Shown: one piece after another, positions 56,305-64,000 of the stretch
Numbering within the stretch: position 1 is the stretch's first letter
Layout: every line of letters starts with the position of its first letter
Assembly: GCA_016184345.1 (NCBI GenBank)
Contig: JACPCV010000004.1
Span: forward strand, 54,453-118,452
Direction of reading: 5' to 3'
From: Candidatus Woesearchaeota archaeon
GTDB taxonomy: Archaea; Nanobdellota; Nanobdellia; Woesearchaeales; UBA10216
Length of the DNA stretch: 64,000 nt
The notes under the pieces: generated by a model
Databases searched by the model: none
The model's input: the letters and a program-made list of their open reading frames with translations, nothing else
What the model was told of the DNA's origin: nothing
Made by a program: the position numbers and the translations under genes

Positions 56305-58905
56305 CTACTGCGACGCCTTTTCACTGGCTTCGCTTATGACCCTCTTGACGCTAAGCGCGCCGCCTTCTGACTTTGAAACGTCAATGCCGTCCTCGCCGTA
56401 GCTGAACTGCACAATCCTCTTTCCAGAATCGCGGACAGTGCCGTCATACTCCACCTTGAGGTCCTGCAGCGCATTAGCTAACCTCCTGTAGAGGTAGCCT
56501 GACTTTGGAGTCCTCAACGCCGTGTCCATCAGTGCATCCCTGCCTACAACAGACTGGAAGAAGAACTCAGCCGGCTTTAACCCTGCCTTGAAGCTGTTCT
56601 TTATGAAACCGCGGGCTTCAGGAGTCAAGTCATCGCGCTGGAAGCATGAAAGTGTCCTTCCAGAGTAGCCTGCCTCAATCCTCTTGCCCCTCAACGCCTG
56701 CTGGCCAACGCAGCCTGCCATCTGGGCAAGGTTAAGGGGAGTTCCGCGAGCTCCGGAAATCGCCATCACGATTGTGTGGGAGTAGCTCTCAACATTCATC
56801 GCAACAATCTTGCCTGTCTCATCCCTTGCCTTGTTAAGCACTTCAAGAATCTTCAGCTCAAGAGTCTCCCTCAAAGTCCTGCCCGGAAGGATGTCCAGCT
56901 GGCCTGAGTTGTACTGCGCAATAAGCCCGGCAACATCCTGCTCGGCCTTCTCAAAAACATTCTTGATGGCTGACTTTGCCTCATTCGGAAGGTCGGTATC
57001 AGACAGTGCTGTGGTGAATCCGCGCTTCATCAGGACAGCAATGCCAAGCTTGAACATCTTGCCAAGCACATCAAGGGCAAACTGCCTGCCATACTTCTTG
57101 TGAAGGTTCCTGAGCAGCAGGCCCGAGCCCTCACCGAGGTTATTCTTGTCCATGACGCCGCTGACAAGCTTTCCGGACTTAATCACGACCTCAGGCTCCT
57201 CCCTTGACTTTGACCTCCCTGTAAAGCTGAAGTCATCAGGCAGGAGGACACTAAACACCTCCTTGCCGGTAACAGATTCCTTCTTCGGGAGCTTTGCAGC
57301 CTCAGTAATTCCAATGGATGCGAGAAGGTCAATGGCATCGGCCCTCGGCATTGAAAATCCCCCCCGGGTCAGCAGGTAGTTCCCTGAAATCGCGTCCTGG
57401 ATGCAGCCTATGACAGACAGGCCATACCTCGGCGAAATCATCTGGGTATCAACAAGCATCAGGAGCTCTGCTTCAGCCCTGGCTTCCTCAGTCTGCGGTA
57501 TGTGAAGGTTCATCTCATCGCCATCAAAGTCAGCATTATAAGGGAAGCAGACAGCGGGGTTGAGCCTGAGCGTCTTGTTCGGCAGCACCCTGACCCTGTG
57601 GCACATCATGCTCATCCTGTGCAGCGAAGGCTGCCTGTTGAAAATGGCAATGTCACCATCCATCAGGTGCCTCTCAACAATGTAGCCCGGCTGGAGCTCC
57701 TCAATGGAAGCCTCAATGGTATCCTCGGTGAGCTTTTTCTTCTTGCCATCAGGCCTGATAATGTAGTTCGCGCCGGGGTAATTCTTCGGGCCCTTCCTCA
57801 CAAACTCCTTGAGGTAAGCCATGTTCCAGTCTGACACCCTCTCGGGAACAGTCAGCTTCATCGCCATGATGTCAGGAACGCCAACCTCGTTGAGCTCAAG
57901 CATAGGGTCAGGGCTTATGACAGTCCTTGCGGAAAAGTTAGTCCTCTTGCCTGTAAGGTTATGCCTTATCCTGCCCTCCTTGCTCTTGATGCGCTCAGTC
58001 AGGGTTTTGAGCGGCTGGCCCGAGCGGTGCCTTGCCGGAGGGAGCTGCGCAACCTCATTGTCAAAGAAAGTCGTGATGTGGTACTGCAGCAAATCCCAGA
58101 GGTCCTCAACGATTATCTCAGGAGCGCCTGCATTGATGTTCTCAAAAAGGCGCTGGTTAATCCTGACAATATCACCGAGCTTGTGGGTGAGGTCATCCTC
58201 AGAGCGCTCGCCAGTCTCCAGGGTAATCGAAGGCCTCATAGTCACAGGAGGAATAGGAAGCACTGTAAGCACCATCCACTCAGGCCTCACTGATGCAGGG
58301 TTGAGGCCAAACAACTCGATGTCCGCATCGTTGAGCTTCTCAAGCCTGCTCCTTATCTCAATCGGGGAAATCCTCTTTTCATCCTCGAAGAATGTCGTCG
58401 GCTTCTCAATGACTATCTTCTTCTGCTTTGCCTTGCAGTGGGGGCACTTGCCACCGCCCTTTGAGGCAGTTATCAGGTCCTTGAGCTTCTTCCTCATGAC
58501 ATCAGGGCCCTTGTCCTTGCCAAGGCGCTTCAGCCTGTCGCCGTACTGCTCAATCCTGGCAGTCGGCAGCAGAATCCTTGAGCACTCCCTGCACGTGTAC
58601 CTCAGCAAAGTCAGGACTACAGAAATGAAACTGATGTGAATGACAGGCCGTGCAAGCGAGATGTAGCCAAAGTGGCCTGTGCACTCCTTGAGCTTTGAGC
58701 CGCAGGTCTTGCACCTCAGGCCGGGGTCAATGACGCCAAGCCTGACATCCATCAAGCCCCCATCAACAGGATAGCCCTCCTTATCATAAAGCTCAGGCGT
58801 GACTATCTTGGCTGCAGCCATCTTCTTGATAAACTTCGGGCTCAGCACGCCAAATACCACATTGGCAACCTTCTTGTACACGTACGGCTCGGTATCATCA
58901 GGCAT
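56305..58905 (-). CDS. rpoA1: DNA-directed RNA polymerase subunit A'
   Basis: 866 aa. Zinc-binding CKTCGSKLKEC, NADFDGDEMN catalytic loop. Confidence 0.95.
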   Translation of the reverse strand: MPDDTEPYVYKKVANVVFGVLSPKFIKKMAAAKIVTPELYDKEGYPVDGGLMDVRLGVIDPGLRCKTCGSKLKECTGHFGYISLARPVIHISFISVVLTLLRYTCRECSRILLPTARIEQYGDRLKRLGKDKGPDVMRKKLKDLITASKGGGKCPHCKAKQKKIVIEKPTTFFEDEKRISPIEIRSRLEKLNDADIELFGLNPASVRPEWMVLTVLPIPPVTMRPSITLETGERSEDDLTHKLGDIVRINQRLFENINAGAPEIIVEDLWDLLQYHITTFFDNEVAQLPPARHRSGQPLKTLTERIKSKEGRIRHNLTGKRTNFSARTVISPDPMLELNEVGVPDIMAMKLTVPERVSDWNMAYLKEFVRKGPKNYPGANYIIRPDGKKKKLTEDTIEASIEELQPGYIVERHLMDGDIAIFNRQPSLHRMSMMCHRVRVLPNKTLRLNPAVCFPYNADFDGDEMNLHIPQTEEARAEAELLMLVDTQMISPRYGLSVIGCIQDAISGNYLLTRGGFSMPRADAIDLLASIGITEAAKLPKKESVTGKEVFSVLLPDDFSFTGRSKSREEPEVVIKSGKLVSGVMDKNNLGEGSGLLLRNLHKKYGRQFALDVLGKMFKLGIAVLMKRGFTTALSDTDLPNEAKSAIKNVFEKAEQDVAGLIAQYNSGQLDILPGRTLRETLELKILEVLNKARDETGKIVAMNVESYSHTIVMAISGARGTPLNLAQMAGCVGQQALRGKRIEAGYSGRTLSCFQRDDLTPEARGFIKNSFKAGLKPAEFFFQSVVGRDALMDTALRTPKSGYLYRRLANALQDLKVEYDGTVRDSGKRIVQFSYGEDGIDVSKSEGGALSVKRVISEASEKASQ

Positions 58906-58922
58906 TTCTTGTTTTCTCCAAA

Positions 58923-60746
58923 TCAGTATTTTGTCTTCAGCTTAAGCTGCGGATACAGCACCAGGCTCTTGAACTCGTCAAGTATGAGCTTGAAAGCATA
59001 AGCAACCTCAATGAAGCTTATGGCAGACTCGCCGCACACCTGGCAGTAGCTCCTTCGCTTGAACTCATCATAGATTGCAACCATGCCGCAGTTCTCGCAC
59101 ACAGGAACAATGGTGCGGTCAGCATCAAACCTCTCCTTCAACAGCATTGCAGCCCCATGGGCCACAAAAGTGTCCTTCTCCATCTCACCCAGCCTTAAGC
59201 CGCCTTCCTTTGCCCTGCCCTCTGTAGGCTGCCTAGTGAGCAGCTGGATTGGGCCTCTAGCTCTCGAGTGGATTTTGTTTGCAACCATGTGCTTCAATCT
59301 TAAGTAGTACATGTCTCCCACAAAAATGCCAACCTGGAACGCCTCGCCTGTCTCGCCGTTGTACATTGTCTCAAGGCCGTTGTCCCTGAAGCCAAGGCTG
59401 AGAAGCTCCTTCCTAATCATCTCTTCCGGTTCCGAGTCAAAAACAGTGCCGTTAATGTGCCTTCCGGACAGCGCCCCAGTCTTGCCTGCAATAAGCTCAA
59501 TAAGGTGGGCCATCGTCATCCTTGTCGGAATGCTGTGAGGGCTGAAAATCAGGTCAGGGGTTATGCCTGAAGCTGTGAAAGGCATGTCCGCCTCGGGGAC
59601 AATCAGGCCAACAACGCCCTTCTGGCCGTGCCTGGAGCTGAACTTGTCACCCACCTCAGGAATGCGCTGGTCCCTTATTTTCACCTGGATGAGCTTGTTG
59701 CCCTCGCTGTTCTCAGTAATCAGGACAAAATCAATTATGCCTTCCTCACCGTGCTTCATAATCACAGAGCTCTCCCGCCTGGTCTCAGCAGAAAGCGAAT
59801 ACTGCTCCATGCTGCTCAAGAACCTCGGAGGCGAGGTCTTCCCAATAACGACATCACCCTCCCTGACCTGGGCCTCAGGGTAGATTATGCCATCCTCCTC
59901 CAAAAAGCGGTAGTCCTTCTCGCTCTTAAAGCCCTTGACATCCTTGGCAGGAATGCAAACCTCATCAACCAGGCCGCCAGAATACCTGAGTTCCTCTGCA
60001 ATCATGGGCCTGTAATAACTGCCGCGGCCCATGCCCCTTCCAATCGAGCCGCCGTTAATGATAATGGCGTCTTCCATGTTGTAGCCCTTGTAGCTCATAA
60101 CAGCAACAACAAGGTTCTGGCCCGCAGGGTGCTTCCCGTATTCTGAAATGTCATGCATGACTGACTTGACAACAGGCATCTGCGGATTGTGAAGGAGGTT
60201 GACATCCATGTCCATCCTTATCATGTAGTTGGAAGCGTAAAAGCCAATCGCCTGCTTCTGGTTCTTCGAACCGGTATTGACCTTCTGCGCAGAGTTGAAG
60301 TTTGCATAAGGAACAAGGCTTGTGACCAGGCCAAACATCGTAAGAGGGCTAAGCTCAAGGTGCGTGTGCTGGGGCGTAAGCTCCTCCTCAAAGAAGGCAA
60401 CAAGCGCGTTTTCCTCTTCAGCAGCGTCAATGTATTCAATGACGCCCTGCTTCACCAAGTCAGACCACTTAAGCTCGTTCCTTCCAAGCTTGTCAACATG
60501 GTCAGGCGTGAGCATAGTCCTGCCATCCCTGACTACGATAAGCGGCCTCCTCAAGCGGCCCTTCGCAGCCTCTATGTGAACCTCATCGCTCGCAGCGTTA
60601 AAGTAGACATTAACATTCTCTGAGAGGGCATTCCGCCTCCTCTCCTCGCGCATTGAAGCGGCAAATGCCTCGCCGTCCTCAACCGTGCCTACAAACTTCC
60701 CGCTCAGGTACACATCAGACATTTTCACCACATCACTGCCTGGCAA
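58923..60746 (-). CDS. rpoB1: DNA-directed RNA polymerase subunit B' (C-terminal half of split RpoB)
   Basis: 607 aa. Likely start MSDVYLSG a few codons into the ORF, overlapping the B'' stop. C-terminal zinc ribbon CENCG...CQVCG. Confidence 0.9.
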   Translation of the reverse strand: MPGSDVVKMSDVYLSGKFVGTVEDGEAFAASMREERRRNALSENVNVYFNAASDEVHIEAAKGRLRRPLIVVRDGRTMLTPDHVDKLGRNELKWSDLVKQGVIEYIDAAEEENALVAFFEEELTPQHTHLELSPLTMFGLVTSLVPYANFNSAQKVNTGSKNQKQAIGFYASNYMIRMDMDVNLLHNPQMPVVKSVMHDISEYGKHPAGQNLVVAVMSYKGYNMEDAIIINGGSIGRGMGRGSYYRPMIAEELRYSGGLVDEVCIPAKDVKGFKSEKDYRFLEEDGIIYPEAQVREGDVVIGKTSPPRFLSSMEQYSLSAETRRESSVIMKHGEEGIIDFVLITENSEGNKLIQVKIRDQRIPEVGDKFSSRHGQKGVVGLIVPEADMPFTASGITPDLIFSPHSIPTRMTMAHLIELIAGKTGALSGRHINGTVFDSEPEEMIRKELLSLGFRDNGLETMYNGETGEAFQVGIFVGDMYYLRLKHMVANKIHSRARGPIQLLTRQPTEGRAKEGGLRLGEMEKDTFVAHGAAMLLKERFDADRTIVPVCENCGMVAIYDEFKRRSYCQVCGESAISFIEVAYAFKLILDEFKSLVLYPQLKLKTKY

Positions 60747-62274
60747 CAGGCTTCAAGCCGTAGTTGCGCATAAGCTTCAAAACATCATCCTCATTAGCGT
60801 CAAGGCTCACCGTAGCGACAAGCGACAGGTTTTTCTTCAGCCCAATGTTGGTGCCTTCAGGCGTCTCGATCGGGCAAAGCCTGCCAAGATGGGTGCAGTG
60901 AAGCTCCCTCGCCTGGAAGTTCTCCTGCGTTGCCGAAAGCGGGCTGACAACCCTCTGAAGATGGCTCATCATCTCAAGGAAATTAAGGCGCTGTATCCTC
61001 TGGCTGACGCCCTTCCTGCCGCCAACCCAGGCGCCTGTTGCCATTGAGCTGTAAATCCTTGAAGTAAGAAGCTTCTCCCTGATAATAACCTTAAGCGTTG
61101 GAAACTTGCCCCTCTTGACAACGCGCTGGAAGTTATACAGCAGGTCACCAATAAGCACTTTGAGGTTGACCCTGAGCAGGTCAGCAAGCAGGTCGCCTGA
61201 AAGCTTCAGCCGCTTGTTCATGTAGTGGTCCTTGTCATCAGCAGGAAGCTGCCCCCTCAGGCCCAGGATGTATTTCCTCACCATCTTGCAAAGGTTGTAG
61301 GCCTTCCACATCCTGTCCTTAGTAACTATGCCAAGATGGGGAAGAAGGTACTTGTCAAGGATTTCCTTCATGCGCTCAAGCCTGATTTCCTTCGGCTGGG
61401 TGATGCCTGAAACCTTGGCAATCGCATCCATGGCATCCTCCTCAGTCTTTAAGTCAGCAGAATCCAGGAGGTTAACGAGAAGCTCGTCAAAGTTCTCTGA
61501 GCCGGCTATGAACCTCATGATTTCCTCATCCTTGGTAATGCCCAGGGCCTTTATGACTGCAATAAGCGGAACCCTCCTGACCCTGGTGAATGTGAGATAG
61601 AAAATGCCATCCTTCATCCTTTCAATGGTGTGCGGAATCTTGTAAGAGCCCTTCTCGGAAAATATCTTGCAGACCAGCTTCCCGGTGCTGCCCGACTCCT
61701 TGTCAATAAGGACCTTGTTGGAAGCAAGGTCTTCAACCTTGACCAGCACTTTTTCAGTGCCGTTGATAATGAAGTATCCGCCGGGGTCGTCAGGGTCCTC
61801 GCCGTGCTGGACCAGCTCCTCGCTGCTGAGCTTGTTCAAATGACAAACCTTTGACTTAAGCATCACAGGCAGGCTGCCAATCTGGGTCTCAAAGCTCTCG
61901 CGCTGCGCGCCGTTAATGTGCGCGCTGACGGTAATGTACATCGGGGCAGCGTACGTAAGCTTCCTGAGCCTTGCCTCCATCGGGTAAATCTTCCTGACAG
62001 AACCATCAGCCTCGGTTATCTCGGGCTTTGTGATCCTGACATTGTCAAACCTAATCTTGAACTCGTCAACATTAGGCGGGATGATTGTAGGCAGGATTTC
62101 CCTGTTCTCCTCAATGATTGAGTTGAGCTCATTGTCCAGGAAATAGTTGAACGACTCTATGTCTGACTTTACAAAGGACTGCTCCTCAAAGAACTTCTTC
62201 ATGAGAACAGCGTAGTTGTTCATTCCATCAGCACCAAACGAATTTAAACCAACACTATGTAAGCACAACAACAC
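60733..62274 (-). CDS. rpoB2: DNA-directed RNA polymerase subunit B'' (N-terminal half of split RpoB)
   Basis: Probable start at MNNYAVLMKKFFEEQ (~62223) with GGTG upstream. About 496 aa. Confidence 0.9.
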   Translation of the reverse strand: MLLCLHSVGLNSFGADGMNNYAVLMKKFFEEQSFVKSDIESFNYFLDNELNSIIEENREILPTIIPPNVDEFKIRFDNVRITKPEITEADGSVRKIYPMEARLRKLTYAAPMYITVSAHINGAQRESFETQIGSLPVMLKSKVCHLNKLSSEELVQHGEDPDDPGGYFIINGTEKVLVKVEDLASNKVLIDKESGSTGKLVCKIFSEKGSYKIPHTIERMKDGIFYLTFTRVRRVPLIAVIKALGITKDEEIMRFIAGSENFDELLVNLLDSADLKTEEDAMDAIAKVSGITQPKEIRLERMKEILDKYLLPHLGIVTKDRMWKAYNLCKMVRKYILGLRGQLPADDKDHYMNKRLKLSGDLLADLLRVNLKVLIGDLLYNFQRVVKRGKFPTLKVIIREKLLTSRIYSSMATGAWVGGRKGVSQRIQRLNFLEMMSHLQRVVSPLSATQENFQARELHCTHLGRLCPIETPEGTNIGLKKNLSLVATVSLDANEDDVLKLMRNYGLKPVARQ

Positions 62275-62494
62275 GGTAAAAAACCGTCTGCCCTGCCGTC
62301 GCGCTTTTCCTGGTAATCCTGATTATGTCGCCAAACTTGACGTTCATGCCGAGCAACACGGCATCCCTCTTGAGTATGCGCGGGAAATCCTCAGCCCTTG
62401 AGCTGAACTGCTTCAGAACCTCCTCTTTCTCCTTCTCCGAGAGCTTCTCGTGCTTCGGAACAAGCACATGCTTCTTAACGTCAATCCTCTTCAT
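62255..62494 (-). CDS. rpoH: DNA-directed RNA polymerase subunit H (Rpb5-like)
   Basis: 79 aa. HVLVPKHEKLSEKEKEEVLKQF. Its 3' end overlaps the rpoB'' start. Confidence 0.85.
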   Translation of the reverse strand: MKRIDVKKHVLVPKHEKLSEKEKEEVLKQFSSRAEDFPRILKRDAVLLGMNVKFGDIIRITRKSATAGQTVFYRVVVLT

Positions 62495-62515
62495 TTTTGA
62501 ACCCTCTGGATTAGG

Positions 62516-62649
62516 CGGGCCGGACGGGACTTCCCTACCTTATCCTTTTTGGCCAAGCTTTTTGCTCGCCACAGCGAGGAAAAAGGTTGTTTGAACCCGC
62601 GACCCACGGATTAAAAGTCCGTTGCGCTGCCAGGCTGCGCTACCGGCCC
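62516..62649 (-). tRNA. tRNA-Lys (anticodon UUU) with a 60-nt intron in the T-loop between positions 59/60
   Basis: GGGCCGG-TA-GCGC-AGCCTGGCA-GCGC-A-ACGGA-CTTTTAA-TCCGT-GGGTC-GCGGG-TTCAAA[60-nt insert]T-CCCGT-CCGGCCC-G. The mature sequence is 74 nt with all stems paired. CC follows the discriminator. Confidence 0.7.
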
Positions 62650-62720
62650 GATAATGCCTGGATGATGCAAGTTGGCATTAGCCGACTGCACATTCCGCCT
62701 CGCGGAATTGTGAGCGAAAG

Positions 62721-62816
62721 CGCCCTGGCCGGGACTTTCAAAACCGCTCGGTTAATTTGAACCCGGGTCGCAGCCGTGACAGGGCTGTATTCTAGGCCAG
62801 GCTGAACCACCAGGGC
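62721..62816 (-). tRNA. tRNA-Asp (anticodon GUC) with a 21-nt intron at T-loop position 59/60
   Basis: GCCCTGG-TG-GTTC-AGCCTGGCCTA-GAAT-A-CAGCC-CTGTCAC-GGCTG-CGAC-CCGGG-TTCAAA[TTAACCGAGCGGTTTTGAAAG]T-CCCGG-CCAGGGC-G. Confidence 0.7.
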
Positions 62817-63057
62817 GATACTGATTTGTGTGAACTGGTGAAATCTGCGGATCTCGGCACTGCTGGGTTTAAACGTCGATAGCTCTACCTGTTGAAAACA
62901 ACTTTAAGTAGAGAAAAACACGTCGCCCCAGCCATTCCAAAGTCAAAAACAGCCACTTGTTTATAAAGTTAACTGTCACAACCTTCACCCTTGACAAACA
63001 CCGCTAATGACTGAGGCTTTAAATACTAGGGCTTTTAAAACAACCAAGTGAAGCAAA

Positions 63058-63213
63058 ATGGGAAGGATGACGATAAGAATAAACGATGATCTCGATAAAA
63101 AAGTTCGTGCGAAGGCAAAAGAAAGGTTTGGAGAAGGGGAGGACAACCTTAGCAAAGCATTTGAGGCAGCATTCAACGAATACATTGAAACTGCTCTGGA
63201 AGAGAAAGAATAA
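63058..63213 (+). CDS. Ribbon-helix-helix (CopG-like) small protein, 51 aa; not in the ORF track
   Basis: Hand translation gives MGRMTIRINDDLDKKVRAKAKERFGEGEDNLSKAFEAAFNEYIETALEEKE. CTTTAAATACT box ~31 nt upstream. Confidence 0.55.
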   Translation: MGRMTIRINDDLDKKVRAKAKERFGEGEDNLSKAFEAAFNEYIETALEEKE

Positions 63214-63306
63214 TCCGCGCACCCGGACTTCTGCCATTGGCGAAAGCTTTAAATATCTGCGTATCTATTTGCTTCAAAACGATACGATTTTGGGGCTGAT
63301 GAGCAA

Positions 63307-63609
63307 ATGACAGCAACTGTAACAACAAGGGTGACTGAGGAAGTGCTGAGGCAGATTGATGAGTTTTCATCAGACAAGAACATGGACAGGGCTACAATGC
63401 TGCGCAACCTGATTGAGCACGGCTTGGCTGAAGAGAAAAGGAGGAAAGTCCTTTCAGACTACAAGGAAAGGAAAATAAGCCTGCAAAGGGCTGCAGAGCT
63501 TCTTGGAATCCACCTTGTCGAAATGCTGGAACTAATAGAAAGGGAAGGCATCTATCTCGACTACACTGCGGAAGAGCTGCGAGAAGACCTGAAAGGCCTG
63601 CCAAGATGA
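63307..63609 (+). CDS. UPF0175-family antitoxin-like protein
   Basis: 100 aa, ISLQRAAELLGIHLVEMLELIEREGI. Stop overlaps the next start (ATGA). Confidence 0.6.
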   Translation: MTATVTTRVTEEVLRQIDEFSSDKNMDRATMLRNLIEHGLAEEKRRKVLSDYKERKISLQRAAELLGIHLVEMLELIEREGIYLDYTAEELREDLKGLPR

Positions 63610-64000
63610 AAATTGTAAGCAACACTTCTCCGCTCGTCTTTCTCACAAAAATCAACAGGCTGGACTTTCTAAAAGGATACAAACTTACAATCCCGGGACA
63701 AGTTTTTGAGGAGATAATAGAATGGGAAAAGATTGATAGCGAAAGCTGCTTAAATCTGAAGGAGTGGATTAGCAAGAACAAAATTGCTGTGAAAAAAGCC
63801 GATGTCACCAGCAATTTGCCACAGAGCTTGGGAAAAGGTGAAAAGGCCGCAATATCTTTGGCTTTAAAGGAAGGCATAAAAGTAATATTAATCGATGAGA
63901 AGAAAGCAAGAGTAGCGGCTAAATCTTCAGGAATTATCCCGATAGGAACAATTGCCGTTGTCAAACAGCAGCTGATAGAAAAGAAGATAACAGCAAAAGA
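63606..64000 (+). CDS. PIN-domain protein (COG2405/DUF3368-type), partial, runs off the window end
   Basis: MKIVSNTSPLVFLTKINRLDFL... is a PIN N-terminus. No stop before the window end. Classic UPF0175/PIN pairing. Confidence 0.55.
   Translation, partial: MKIVSNTSPLVFLTKINRLDFLKGYKLTIPGQVFEEIIEWEKIDSESCLNLKEWISKNKIAVKKADVTSNLPQSLGKGEKAAISLALKEGIKVILIDEKKARVAAKSSGIIPIGTIAVVKQQLIEKKITAK

Noticed and set aside
62650-62720. Possible C/D-box sRNA between tRNA-Lys and tRNA-Asp (ggatgatgca ... ctgca)
   Set aside because: Only a 6/7 C-box match on the wrong strand relative to the tRNAs. No credible D box (CUGA) or terminal stem.

Overview
This 64-kb window reads as an archaeal chromosome segment. 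Most genes are on the minus strand and the core is visibly GC-rich. The DNA-directed RNA polymerase subunit B is encoded as two genes (B'' then B'). Several starts sit about 25 nt downstream of a recurrent TTTAAATA(G) box and look leaderless. All four tRNAs carry a non-canonical intron.

Conserved blocks, in order:
- A complete lysine-biosynthesis operon (diaminopimelate-aminotransferase route): lysC-dapA-dapB-asd-dapL-lysA-dapF.
- An apt - MTA phosphorylase - class II aldolase salvage cluster.
- metG.
- The exosome/proteasome superoperon: psmA - SBDS - rrp4 - rrp41 - rrp42 - rpoK.
- An Lhr helicase with its metallophosphoesterase partner.
- The RNA polymerase operon: tRNA-Asp/tRNA-Lys - rpoH - rpoB'' - rpoB' - rpoA' - rpoA'' - L30e - nusA. 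RpoA'' contains a 519-aa LAGLIDADG-type intein.

These blocks are interrupted by visibly AT-rich accessory segments:
1. A restriction-modification island with two methyltransferases and a PD-(D/E)xK nuclease (1.4-4.3 kb).
2. Two HEPN/MNT toxin-antitoxin pairs plus a putative third TA pair next to tRNA-Gln, with three copies of the tRNA 3' end (20-24 kb).
3. A divergent pair of cysteine-rich repeat exoproteins (24-28 kb).
4. A single-gene insertion flanked by 44-bp direct repeats (36.5-37.5 kb).
5. A ~5.9-kb island between nusA and rpsL, bounded by two nested pairs of inverted ~30-bp repeats (46.9-52.8 kb). It carries a methyltransferase fused to an Mrr-like nuclease, an IS-type transposase, an AbrB-like gene and four unknown ORFs. 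This is the most likely place for an undescribed system.

Several small toxin-antitoxin modules (AbrB/PIN, RHH, UPF0175/PIN) are also present.

Coordinates derived by hand (tRNAs, repeats, promoters, intein) may be off by 1-2 nt. CDS coordinates follow the ORF track unless a shorter start is argued in the evidence.
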